From positions 1 through 25,803 of the IMG/VR virus record IMGVR_UViG_3300025173_000004: DNA of 25,803 nt, one strand, 5' to 3'. Within the stretch, counting starts at the first letter, position 1; each line of letters opens with the position of its first letter. The DNA comes from a virus. Its lineage: Duplodnaviria > Caudoviricetes. The notes beneath the pieces were generated by a model. The model saw nothing but the letters and a program-made list of their open reading frames with translations, did no database searches and had not been told where the DNA came from. Of this stretch, positions 1 to 10,160 are shown in pieces. The position numbers and the translations under genes are program-made.

Positions 1-20
1 GGAGAGGGGGGGGTAGGGGG

Positions 21-72
21 TAATTGTCCAATTGTCTAAGGCTTTATGGACAATTAGACAATTGGACAATTA
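21..72. repeat. Perfect 19-bp inverted repeat built from 8-bp iteron-like units; candidate origin, operator or terminal signal
   Basis: TAATTGTCCAATTGTCTAA (21-39) is the exact reverse complement of 54-72, with a 14-nt loop. The unit TRGACAAT occurs three times in tandem (47-70) and twice inverted (23-38). Confidence 0.85.
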
Positions 73-95
73 AAATCCTCAAATTTTATCCCCCC

Positions 96-124
96 TTCCA
101 TTACCAACATCAAAATGCTACAAT
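96..124 (+). promoter_or_regulatory. Putative sigma70 promoter with extended -10
   Basis: TTCCAT (96-101), 17-bp spacer, TACAAT (119-124), with TG at 116-117; lies upstream of RBS AAGGAG (157-162). Confidence 0.5.
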
Positions 125-168
125 ACGCCTGTACTAAAATAATCAAGACAGCTAAAAAGGAGCTAGAT

Positions 169-579
169 ATGCAAGTAGTGAATAAGTACCGCCCAAACAT
201 GACAGCAAAGGAAATTAGTTTGCTATGCAAGCTGCTAGTAGCTGCTATCAGCAGAGAGGAGAAAGCAGTAGAGCTAACAGCTCAGGAGGAGGAATATGCA
301 GGTAGCATTCTGAAGGTGCTAGTTCCCTTGGAAGCTAAGATTGCTACTGGCATAGCTAATCCTGCCTTTGTAGCAAATAGCGCAGCAAGAGCTAAGAAGG
401 AAAGCGCAGCCTTTGCCTTTCAAGTAGGAGTAAGCAGCTTGCAAGAACTACTAGCTATGCCGGAAGGAAGAATTAAGGAAGGCTTGGTGGACGCGGAATT
501 AGCTAGCTTAGTAGAAGGAAGTGATGCTAGGAAGGAGGAGTTAATGATAGGCTTAATAGAGAGTAAGCTATCATTATAA
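169..579 (+). CDS. Hypothetical early phage protein
   Basis: ORF 115-579; start moved to ATG 169 because AAGGAG (157-162) precedes it and ATG 115 falls inside the predicted promoter. Confidence 0.75.
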   Translation: MQVVNKYRPNMTAKEISLLCKLLVAAISREEKAVELTAQEEEYAGSILKVLVPLEAKIATGIANPAFVANSAARAKKESAAFAFQVGVSSLQELLAMPEGRIKEGLVDAELASLVEGSDARKEELMIGLIESKLSL

Positions 580-587
580 AATATCAC

Positions 588-616
588 TTGTTTTTTTTCT
601 GTTTTGCGTGTAAAAT
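588..616 (+). promoter_or_regulatory. Putative sigma70 promoter
   Basis: TTGTTT (588-593), 17-bp spacer, TAAAAT (611-616), intergenic. An imperfect hairpin follows at about 623-649. Confidence 0.65.
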
Positions 617-696
617 TGCGGTGTTGAAATGCATTTTTTGCACTTTAACTAGCAGCTAGCAGCTAACTATCCATTAACTACTCGGAATCAACAACT

Positions 697-1717
697 ATGA
701 AAAAACTATGTGCTATTAGCGGAGTACCGCTAACAACATCCTCTCATTTTAGCAGCTACTTCACCAGAGAGCTGCATCCTTTGCTAGAAGTTAAGACAGC
801 TGACTTGCTAACAATTATAGGTTCAAAAGAGTGGCTAGACTGGCAGGAAGAAGAAGCCAAGCTGCTCTTCCTAGCTTTAGCTAACTCCCTAGGCATGTTA
901 GTAGTAATGCCTAACTCCTTCGCTAGACCTTCAGTAGCCACCATCAGCAGTAGCATAGAGAACTTAGTGCTAATAGCTGGCTGGCATTCAATGAGGGAAT
1001 TCCCCCTGCCTTCCTATGTAATAAGCTCCGCCAGTTTTAATAATAGCTCCTCCTCCAATGAGCAACCAAGTAATGAAGCTATGCTTGAGTTTCCTAACTT
1101 GCTGCTAACTATCCTAACTACTAGAGAGGAAGTTAAGAGCACTAGATTGCTAGCAGCAAAAGCTGCGCAGCTTGAAACTACCATTAAAATACTTTATAGC
1201 AATTGCAGGATAGGAGCAAATAAGCACGCCTTACTAAGAGCTAAGGTAGCTGATTGGGCTATACTGGTTACGCAAGAAGCTGCTAAGAAAGAGCGAGTAA
1301 CTGAGGATACCTTGCAGCTATGGCGCAAGATGTTGCAAACTGCTCCAGTAGATGCATATAAGTTTCTGGTTGATAAAGAAACAGGCGTGCAATCTAACGT
1401 AGACTTGCTAGACTTAGATGACTTTATGGCAGCAAACCTGCCGCATGGTTGCAGTGCTAGCTATGCAGTCATGAAGCAGTTAACAGACATGAAGAATGCT
1501 ACTATCAGCTTAGGAGCATTCTTGGGCATAGAAGGTAGCGTAGTCCAGCTAATACCCCATAATCACCCAGCACCACTGGAAACTAACTTTGCTACTAGGC
1601 AAGAGTTTCTGCTTGCTAAAGCTAAGTGGCTAATAGCTGGGACTAACTTAGCCGAACCTACCGCTGAGATAGTTCCTAGCATAGAGAGCTTTGAAGTACT
1701 AGAAAAGGAGCATGAAA

Positions 1718-1725
<8 letters not shown>
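697..1725 (+). CDS. Hypothetical phage protein (342 aa)
   Basis: Long ORF directly after a promoter; N-terminal LCAISG...HP motif; no catalytic motif recognised. Confidence 0.8.
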
Positions 1726-3701
<1,976 letters not shown>

Positions 3702-3710
3702 CTAGCAGCA

Positions 3711-3739
3711 CTAACACTAACTAACACTAACTAAAGGAG
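3711..3739 (+). repeat. (CTAACACTAA)2-CTAA leader repeat fused to the RBS
   Basis: Tandem 10-mer followed by AAGGAG; 3719-3738 is identical to 9240-9259. Confidence 0.85.
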
Positions 3740-3747
3740 ATACAGCA

Positions 3748-4197
3748 ATGCGTAATTTCGAGAAAGCCGTAGTAGACGCAATAAAGGAGGCAGCTCCGAC
3801 TGCCAAGCAGGTAAAAGAAGTAACTGTAAATTTCTTCCTAGATGACAGCTATGCTGACCTTCGTAGTAATAGGGGAAGTATCTACGCATCAAGTATCGAC
3901 AGGAAGTACATAGAGTCTGCTACTTGCTGCTTCATAGAAGCTAAGACACTGACAATCTCCTTGCCTAGCGAGAGGGAGGTAACAGCAAATAAGCTTATGT
4001 GCCTTAAGGCGGATTTGCAGAAGGTGCGTGTTGAGTCCTTTATTAAAGAAGAAGCAATACAAGATGCTATTAACAAACTGCTAGCATTGCCTGCCTTGCG
4101 GGAGGAAGAATTAGTAGAAGCAGTAGTAACAGAAGACTGGGTAGCTGTAGTGGCAGCGGCAGCAGCAGCAGAAGACGAAGGAAGCTTCAAGCCATGA
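3748..4197 (+). CDS. Hypothetical phage protein
   Basis: Strong RBS AAGGAG; 149-aa ORF with a low-complexity Ala/Glu tail. Confidence 0.8.
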   Translation: MRNFEKAVVDAIKEAAPTAKQVKEVTVNFFLDDSYADLRSNRGSIYASSIDRKYIESATCCFIEAKTLTISLPSEREVTANKLMCLKADLQKVRVESFIKEEAIQDAINKLLALPALREEELVEAVVTEDWVAVVAAAAAAEDEGSFKP

Positions 4198-4415
4198 AAG
4201 GAAGCCAAGCTAAAGAAGATAGCAGACAGCTAGAGCTTGACCTAGTTAAAGCTGCTTCGCCCCCTAAAGCGCGTGCTTACCTAGATGAGCAAGGAACTAT
4301 TGTAATTATTGGCTTCCATGCTTGGTCTAGTGCTACTGTTGTAGACTTGGATAGCCCTATCCAAGCTTCATGGGTAGCACTAGTAGCTGCTACACACTTA
4401 ACTAAGGAGACTTAA
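4194..4415 (+). CDS. Small hypothetical protein
   Basis: ATGA overlap with the upstream stop; fills the gap between genes. Confidence 0.6.
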   Translation: MKGSQAKEDSRQLELDLVKAASPPKARAYLDEQGTIVIIGFHAWSSATVVDLDSPIQASWVALVAATHLTKET

Positions 4416-4419
4416 TACC

Positions 4420-4725
4420 ATGAGTACCAAAAAAATTACTGAGCCTGATAACGTGAACCATCCTAAGCATTACACTAGTCATCCTAGTGGTGTAGAGTGT
4501 ATAACAATTACTGAGCATATGAGCTTTAATCTTGGTAATGCTATGAAGTACATCTGGAGGGCAGATGAGAAGGCTAATGCTCTGGAAGACCTGGAGAAAG
4601 CAGCTTGGTACATTAACAGAGAGATAGCTAGGCGTACTGGTAATACGGAGGAATTAGCACAGGCAGTCAATAGCATGACTACAGCCATGCCACTAACCAT
4701 AGCAGAGTTATGGAAGTGGCAGTAG
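4420..4725 (+). CDS. DUF3310 family protein (T7 gp1.7 nucleotide kinase / SaV-like)
   Basis: Signature DNVNHPKHY...VECI...FNLGNAMKYIWRA..K...EDLEKAAWYINREI; RBS AAGGAG. Confidence 0.9.
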   Translation: MSTKKITEPDNVNHPKHYTSHPSGVECITITEHMSFNLGNAMKYIWRADEKANALEDLEKAAWYINREIARRTGNTEELAQAVNSMTTAMPLTIAELWKWQ

Positions 4726-4726
4726 C

Positions 4727-4921
4727 ATGAGTGAAAAGCTAAACGCAGCACCTACCTACTCAGAGCTAATTAACAACATCCAGCATGTAGCTACAAATAC
4801 CACCTTAAGCAGCAAGCAGAAAGTTATCAAGCAGCTAGGCAGGTTCTTAGTGGACGAAGGCTACGAACAGCTAGGTAAAATGCTTATTGCTAAGTCCGCA
4901 GAACTAACTATAAAGGAGTAA
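4727..4921 (+). CDS. Small hypothetical protein
   Basis: Tightly packed 64-aa ORF in operon orientation. Confidence 0.6.
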   Translation: MSEKLNAAPTYSELINNIQHVATNTTLSSKQKVIKQLGRFLVDEGYEQLGKMLIAKSAELTIKE

Positions 4922-4926
4922 TTAGT

Positions 4927-5229
4927 ATGATTGAAGAGAGCGAAGAAGAGCAAGAAGAGCAAGAAGAACAAGATGCAGCAATAGATGAGCTACTAGCAGG
5001 TGATTACTGCCCCACTAACAAGGATAACTTCGGGGAAGCTATGGCTAACATTAGCACTGAAGAACTAATCAAACTCCTAGATGCCTTTCTACTAGCTACG
5101 AAGACAGGGGATAATGCTCCGCTAGGTAGAATCTTTGTATCTGTTATGACTGACTATTGGGTTAAGTGTGCTACACGAAAGGTGCTAGGTAGTTTGCCAG
5201 CAGGAGTTAGCAGGAAAATTTCCCCTTGA
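4927..5229 (+). CDS. Hypothetical acidic protein
   Basis: RBS AAGGAG; N-terminal (GAAGARCAA)3 repeat encoding EEQ. Confidence 0.7.
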   Translation: MIEESEEEQEEQEEQDAAIDELLAGDYCPTNKDNFGEAMANISTEELIKLLDAFLLATKTGDNAPLGRIFVSVMTDYWVKCATRKVLGSLPAGVSRKISP

Positions 5230-5254
5230 CAATTGGCGCGTTATGCCGTAAAAT
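5226..5254 (+). promoter_or_regulatory. Near-consensus sigma70 promoter
   Basis: TTGACA (5226-5231), 17-bp spacer, TAAAAT (5249-5254); a short CCTGTA/TGCAGG hairpin follows just downstream. Confidence 0.88.
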
Positions 5255-5290
5255 GATTGTTCCTGTAAAAGTTTATGCAGGTAAAGAGCA

Positions 5291-5328
5291 CCAGTAACAC
5301 TAACCAGTAACACTAACTAACTAAGGAG
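5291..5328 (+). repeat. (CCAGTAACACTAA)2-CTAA-CTAA-GGAG leader repeat
   Basis: Exact 13-bp tandem duplication at 5291-5303 and 5304-5316, running into the RBS. Confidence 0.85.
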
Positions 5329-5335
5329 TACTACC

Positions 5336-5968
5336 ATGCAAAGCACCTCAATTAAGTTTAACTTTCGTTCTGATAGCATCCGCGATGAATCAGGGCGTGT
5401 TATCGGCAAGACTACTAAGCACCCAAGCGTAACAGTTAATATCCCTGCCTTAACAGCAGATGACCTGCTGACTATCTTGGAAGCAGGCGGCTTGCAGCTT
5501 GAGCTATTGCTAGCTTCAGCTAACGCCGTAATCTACCAAGCAAGCCGCGATGTCGTCAATGATGCTATCGAAGCTAAGAAGGAAGTCAACCAAGCACTGC
5601 TTGATGCTGCTGCCCCAGAGCTAACTTGGGCTAAGCTAGCTGTACGCACACCTGCTGAGCGTAAAGTAGCGGGCATTAGCAAAGACACTTGGGAAGCCTT
5701 CTCCAATGATTATCAAGAAGTTATGCGCTTGGTACTTGTTGACAAGTCCCCTGAGTCTATCGCCTTGGGTGCTAGCCACCTTGTTAAGAAGTTTAACGGT
5801 TGCCGTTACCAGAAGGATGTTATTGCTACCTTGCGTAACTACCTAGCTGCTTGGTACGCTAACACTTCCGAGAAGGATGACTTTGAAGAAGTCTACAATG
5901 CGTTAGATAGCCGCGCAGAATTGTTGCTTAACGCTGAAGACACAGGCCGCTTAGCTTCAATGCTGTAA
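5336..5968 (+). CDS. Hypothetical protein, probably highly expressed
   Basis: 210-aa ORF behind the best promoter and a strong RBS; more CGT/AAC/ATC-type codons than its neighbours. Confidence 0.85.
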   Translation: MQSTSIKFNFRSDSIRDESGRVIGKTTKHPSVTVNIPALTADDLLTILEAGGLQLELLLASANAVIYQASRDVVNDAIEAKKEVNQALLDAAAPELTWAKLAVRTPAERKVAGISKDTWEAFSNDYQEVMRLVLVDKSPESIALGASHLVKKFNGCRYQKDVIATLRNYLAAWYANTSEKDDFEEVYNALDSRAELLLNAEDTGRLASML

Positions 5969-5986
5969 GCAGTAACTAGCAAGTAG

Positions 5987-6026
5987 CTTATAGCAGTCTA
6001 GCTTTTAATCAGTAGACTGCTATGAG
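5987..6026 (+). promoter_or_regulatory. Intergenic stem-loop without U-tract (possible RNase III processing or stability element)
   Basis: CTTATAGCAGTCTA (5987-6000) pairs with TAGACTGCTATGAG (6013-6026), including one G-U pair. Confidence 0.6.
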
Positions 6027-6060
6027 ATAGGTGCTAAACTAATCTAAAGGAGCTAAGACT

Positions 6061-6441
6061 ATGAATAGGGATAATTACGGAAAGACTTTAACACCTGAAG
6101 AAGCAGCTCTTAAGTACCAAATAGGGTGGGTGGTGCTTAATAAGGCTAAGGAAGATGCACTTGCTAGGGCTGACTTCGCAACTGCTAGGGACTGCCGTCA
6201 GCAGCTTAGCTATCTGAGTGTGGAATGCGAAGCTAGGCATAGCGTAGGCATTCCAGAGGAAGCTAAGTTGCCTAGCACTAAGTGGGTAGTATCCGTAGAA
6301 TATGACCTTGCTCCTGACATGAATGCTATTCTAGCTGTGTGTAGCACACAGGAGCTAGCTACTGCATTCATGCAGCGGCAACCAGATTATAACTCTGAGG
6401 ATGTTATACATCATATTGATGAAGTAGCTAACTACGAATAA
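6061..6441 (+). CDS. Hypothetical phage protein
   Basis: RBS AAGGAG; 126 aa. Confidence 0.75.
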   Translation: MNRDNYGKTLTPEEAALKYQIGWVVLNKAKEDALARADFATARDCRQQLSYLSVECEARHSVGIPEEAKLPSTKWVVSVEYDLAPDMNAILAVCSTQELATAFMQRQPDYNSEDVIHHIDEVANYE

Positions 6442-6464
6442 TCTTCCTAACTAATAAGTCAACT

Positions 6465-6722
6465 ATGTCAACTGATTACAAATCTTACTGGAGCATCCTT
6501 CTACGCGAAGGTAAGCTAACACTTCAGATGCCTACTGTGTTAGTTAATAAGGTCAGGCACTCTATCAGTAACTCCAAGTACGACCATCGACTAAGGTCTG
6601 GTATCCGCTACAGTAATCTCAAGACTGTGCTAAGTCCAGCTAAGACTGCTTCAGGTGCTATTAAGCCTGGCTGGACTAGAGTAGACTTCTCTATGCATAA
6701 TGTAACCTTAAAGGACTTTTAA
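6465..6722 (+). CDS. Small basic hypothetical protein
   Basis: 85-aa ORF rich in Lys/Arg; operon packing. Confidence 0.7.
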   Translation: MSTDYKSYWSILLREGKLTLQMPTVLVNKVRHSISNSKYDHRLRSGIRYSNLKTVLSPAKTASGAIKPGWTRVDFSMHNVTLKDF

Positions 6723-6724
6723 CT

Positions 6725-7090
6725 ATGCCTGCTACCGTACATCTATACCCAGAAGCATATAACCAGCTAGTCATTAAGCTAAGTCGTGAGCACCGTGATT
6801 TATGGCGCAAGGTTGGTTGGTACATGGCTTATGACCAAGCAGAGTTTATAGCTATCATGAACAAGGAACTAGACTGCTTATGCTTACCTGAGCAAAGTAT
6901 TACAGAAGTCTGCGATAAGTATCTGAGATTACTAGGGAAGCGCATAGGCAAGCAAGCAGCTAAGAGTACAGAGCTGCTTGCTGCTGAGAAGTCAGGCAAG
7001 TTTGGTGCTGAAGCTATCTTTGGAAACAAGGAAGATTTCCTAGAGCGTAAGGAATTTCAGGACTGGCAACGCGCGATAGCTAAGAAGTAA
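6725..7090 (+). CDS. Hypothetical phage protein
   Basis: RBS AAGGA; 121 aa. Confidence 0.75.
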   Translation: MPATVHLYPEAYNQLVIKLSREHRDLWRKVGWYMAYDQAEFIAIMNKELDCLCLPEQSITEVCDKYLRLLGKRIGKQAAKSTELLAAEKSGKFGAEAIFGNKEDFLERKEFQDWQRAIAKK

Positions 7091-7121
7091 GCAGTTAACT
7101 AACTAAAGGAGCTAACAAGTA

Positions 7122-7397
7122 ATGATTACCCAAGAAGAGCAAATAGAATTAAAGATAGCTGAGTTGCATCAAGCAATGCTATCCAATCACCCAGAGCTTC
7201 CCACCTTCCTGAAGCGCATTCACCTAGAGCTTCTTAAGCACCCAGAGCTTGTACACATAATGTCTAATGAGCAGCGAAGCAAGCTAATAGCTGCCTTACA
7301 GAAACAGACAGGCATTAGCGTATTTGTAGCTTCTTCCGCTAAGGTTAAGAACAGCAAGAATGCTCCCCAAATGACAGCAGCAGAGTTTGGTATCTAG
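7122..7397 (+). CDS. Hypothetical helical protein
   Basis: TAACTAACTAAAGGAG leader; 91 aa. Confidence 0.8.
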   Translation: MITQEEQIELKIAELHQAMLSNHPELPTFLKRIHLELLKHPELVHIMSNEQRSKLIAALQKQTGISVFVASSAKVKNSKNAPQMTAAEFGI

Positions 7398-7399
7398 CC

Positions 7400-7627
7400 A
7401 TGAGTGACGAACTAGATACCACAGCCTTTGCACATTTCGAGCTAAGAGCAATACCTATTAAGTGCAGTCATTGCTCTCAACCAAGCGTTGCCTATTTACC
7501 CACAACTTGGGGCGTAGGCTTATCTGAGGCTGGTTATCTGGTAGCCAGCATACTTTGCACACTTTGTGCAGAGAAGAAGTTAGCTGACCAAGAACTAGCT
7601 GCTAAGGGTAACCAGCCATGCCACTAA
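7400..7627 (+). CDS. Small putative Zn-finger protein
   Basis: CSHC and CTLC pairs. Confidence 0.6.
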   Translation: MSDELDTTAFAHFELRAIPIKCSHCSQPSVAYLPTTWGVGLSEAGYLVASILCTLCAEKKLADQELAAKGNQPCH

Positions 7628-8073
7628 CTTTAGCAGAGGTTAAGGAGCTTTGGGAGCTTAAGAGTTCTCAAGCAGCTAACTTGCTATCCCTAACTCTTTA
7701 CTGCTATAACTCACGAGAGCTGTACTTTAACTACTTTGATGGATTAAGGCATCTAATGGAAGTTACGGGTAATAGCAAAGGCTTACCGGAGCTAGCTATT
7801 TCTATTGGGTTCCCCTTACCTACGCGGCACATAGTCTGCGATGTTTGTTGCACTATTGTAGCTAGCTCTAATAGGATACAATTCAGCAAGCTCCTTAAGA
7901 CTAACTGTGGTAGCTGCACACGCAAGCATGATGCTATATTAGATGTATATGTTCTAGGTAAGCTAGCTGAGCTTTACGGCTCCCCTATTAGCTTGGTAGA
8001 GCATCACATAGCAACAATTCTAAGTAAGTTTAACCCGCAATTTATTGCTAGCTATGAGAGGAAACAGCCGTGA
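7618..8073 (+). CDS. Putative Zn-finger protein
   Basis: CDVC and CGSC pairs; overlaps both neighbouring genes. Confidence 0.65.
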   Translation: MPLTLAEVKELWELKSSQAANLLSLTLYCYNSRELYFNYFDGLRHLMEVTGNSKGLPELAISIGFPLPTRHIVCDVCCTIVASSNRIQFSKLLKTNCGSCTRKHDAILDVYVLGKLAELYGSPISLVEHHIATILSKFNPQFIASYERKQP

Positions 8074-9026
8074 GTGCCTTAGATGATTTACTTAGCACCT
8101 CTGTAACTCCAGTACCTTCATACAGGCAGAAGCTGCAAGCAGGCAATTTGCTTAGCTACAGTACAAGGCTAACCTTGCACTCCTGCCCACGTAAGTTCTT
8201 TTTAGACAAATCTACAGCTAAGGAAGTAGGAGTAGCTGGTGAGTCTAACTCAGACTTCTTGTTTGGGCACAGCGTTGCAGCAGGGGTTCAGCAGTTCCTA
8301 TCTACTGGTTCAAGAGAAGAAGCATTGCTAGCAAGCTTTCTAGCTTGGGATGGTAGCTTAGATGCTACCAAAGAAAAGAGCAAGAAAAGTATCTGGTTTG
8401 CTTTGGCAGCAGTTGAGAAGTTTGTGGTGATAGCTGCTGACTTACTAGCTGGTTGGGAAGTAGCGATGCTACCTGAGCCAGCAGTGGAGCTTTCATTCTG
8501 CTTAGATTTAGAGAATGGCTATTACTACTTAGGTCACATTGACTTGGTATTAGTAAATAAAGCTACCCAGCAGCTAATGGTGCTAGAGCTTAAAACTACT
8601 AGCTTCTCAACTGTCAACGAAGCTACATATGCTAACAGCGACCAAGCTATAGGTTATAGCATTATTCTGGACGCTATAGCACACAGGCTTAACCTTGATA
8701 GCAAGAATTACACTGTGCTGTACTTAGTTTATAAGACAGGGGCGCAGGAGTTTGAGCCTATACCCTTTATTAAAAGCCGCACAGATAGAGCAGTATTCCT
8801 GCATGACTTGCTAGTTGATTGTACTATAGCAGATACTTATAAGGAGCAGCGGCATTACCCTATGAGGGGTGAAAGCTGCTTTAGCTTCTTTAGGCCATGT
8901 GAGTACTTTGGCGTATGCAGTATGCAATCAATGCTTAAGACAGAGCTGAAGATTGCTGCACAAGCAGTTGAAGCAGATTATAGCTTTACATTAAGTGAGC
9001 TTGTTAGAAGCGAGCGAAACAGTTAA
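8070..9026 (+). CDS. Cas4/RecB-like PD-(D/E)XK exonuclease with probable Fe-S cluster
   Basis: LSYS...CPRK at the N-terminus, FGHSV, VE, GHIDL, LELKT, QAIGY and C-terminal CFSFFRPCEYFGVC (1+3 Cys pattern); GTGA overlap. Confidence 0.88.
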   Translation: MSALDDLLSTSVTPVPSYRQKLQAGNLLSYSTRLTLHSCPRKFFLDKSTAKEVGVAGESNSDFLFGHSVAAGVQQFLSTGSREEALLASFLAWDGSLDATKEKSKKSIWFALAAVEKFVVIAADLLAGWEVAMLPEPAVELSFCLDLENGYYYLGHIDLVLVNKATQQLMVLELKTTSFSTVNEATYANSDQAIGYSIILDAIAHRLNLDSKNYTVLYLVYKTGAQEFEPIPFIKSRTDRAVFLHDLLVDCTIADTYKEQRHYPMRGESCFSFFRPCEYFGVCSMQSMLKTELKIAAQAVEADYSFTLSELVRSERNS

Positions 9027-9042
9027 CCAAAGGAGAACTAAC

Positions 9043-9234
9043 ATGGCATCAATTGGTACGATGATAGAGCAGCTTAACGGAATGCTGGACACCGTTGACC
9101 TAACGGAATGGGAGAATAATTTCGTAGCTAGTATCGTAGAGCGTTATTATGTAGCTAATAAGGATGCCTGCAACTTCAGTAGTAAGCAGGTTGAAAGCAT
9201 CGAGCGTATATGGAAAAAACATTTTGCTCAGTAA
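9043..9234 (+). CDS. Small hypothetical phage protein
   Basis: AAGGAG precedes ATG 9043, so the start is moved from 8995; LTEWExxF...SxKQ...ERIW pattern common in small phage proteins. Confidence 0.75.
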   Translation: MASIGTMIEQLNGMLDTVDLTEWENNFVASIVERYYVANKDACNFSSKQVESIERIWKKHFAQ

Positions 9235-9269
9235 CCAGCAACTAACACTAACTAAAGGAACTAACTAAC

Positions 9270-10052
9270 ATGAAACTAAACTTATGTGAACCAGATAAAG
9301 CCAGAAGAATCCTTGTTTACGGAGCACCTAAGACTGGTAAGACTGTCTTAGTAGGAATGCTAGCGGAGAAGTACAAGCTACTTTGGATTGACATAGAGAA
9401 TGGTGCAGCTAGCTTAATAAGCAATGTGCCTAAGCAATTCCAATCTAACATAGAGCTTATTAAAATACCAGATACCCGTGAATTTCCCATAGCAATAGAC
9501 ACATGCTTGAAGCTATTCACAGGGGCTAAAGGTACTATCTGTAACAAGCATGGAAAGTGGAACTGCCCCTTAGTTCCTTGCAAAGAACCTGCGGCAAGTA
9601 CTCCCGTTCACTTAGCAGAGCTTGGGGAGGACTGGGTAGTGGTACTTGACAGTGCTACCCAGCTAACTAATAGCACTATGAGTCACATCTGCAAAGGTAA
9701 GACAGATGATTATAAGCCTGATTGGGAAGATTATAGAAAGCAAGGTGCTGTGCTTGATAGAGTATTCTCACAGATGCAGCAAGCTGCCTACAACATAGTT
9801 GTAATCAGCCACGAAACTATGACTGAGATGCAAGATGGTAAGATGAAGATAGTACCAGTAGCAGGCAGTAGTAACTTTAGCAAGACCTTCGCTAAGTACT
9901 TTGATGATGTAGTTTACTGTGAAATGGTGAACAAGAAGCATAAGTTCGCTAGCTCAACTAACTACGGAGTTAACATAATTACTGGCAGCAGGAGCAATCA
10001 TGCTATTGAGAAGGATGAAGTACCTAAGCTGCTATCGCTATTTAATAACTAA
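9270..10052 (+). CDS. Sak4-like (AAA_24, RecA-fold) ATPase, putative single-strand annealing recombinase
   Basis: ILVYGAPKTGKT (Walker A), WIDIENG, VVLDSATQL (Walker B), VVISHE, FDDVVY; sits between an exonuclease and an SSB-like gene. Confidence 0.85.
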   Translation: MKLNLCEPDKARRILVYGAPKTGKTVLVGMLAEKYKLLWIDIENGAASLISNVPKQFQSNIELIKIPDTREFPIAIDTCLKLFTGAKGTICNKHGKWNCPLVPCKEPAASTPVHLAELGEDWVVVLDSATQLTNSTMSHICKGKTDDYKPDWEDYRKQGAVLDRVFSQMQQAAYNIVVISHETMTEMQDGKMKIVPVAGSSNFSKTFAKYFDDVVYCEMVNKKHKFASSTNYGVNIITGSRSNHAIEKDEVPKLLSLFNN

Positions 10053-10152
10053 CACGCAGCAGCTAACTAACACGCAGCAAACTGGCATAGCTAACATTTC
10101 AGCGGCAACTAAAAGCAACTAACTGTAACTAAACGCAACTAAACTAAAGGAA
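10047..10152 (+). repeat. A/C-rich repetitive leader with a 15-bp direct repeat and several AACTAA units
   Basis: AACTAACACGCAGCA at 10047-10061 and 10065-10079; further GCAACTAA and AACTAA copies run up to RBS AAGGAAG. Confidence 0.8.
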
Positions 10153-10160
10153 GACATAAC

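Noticed and set aside
1-20. G-quadruplex at the window start
   Set aside because: The tract is truncated by the window edge, so four G-runs cannot be assigned confidently; homopolymer sequencing error is also possible.
586-605. T-tract as an intrinsic terminator after the first gene
   Set aside because: There is no preceding GC-rich stem; the tract is better explained as the -35 box and spacer of a promoter.
3710-3730. ACTAAC resembles the spliceosomal branch point / STAR-protein motif
   Set aside because: The context is bacterial (Shine-Dalgarno sites, sigma70 promoters, overlapping genes, no introns), so the match is taken as coincidental.
3711-10152. CRISPR-like or mini-array interpretation of the CTAA repeats near a Cas4-like gene
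   Set aside because: The repeats are short, degenerate, irregularly spaced and tied to ribosome binding sites, with no repeat-spacer periodicity. Standalone Cas4-like nucleases are ordinary phage recombination enzymes.
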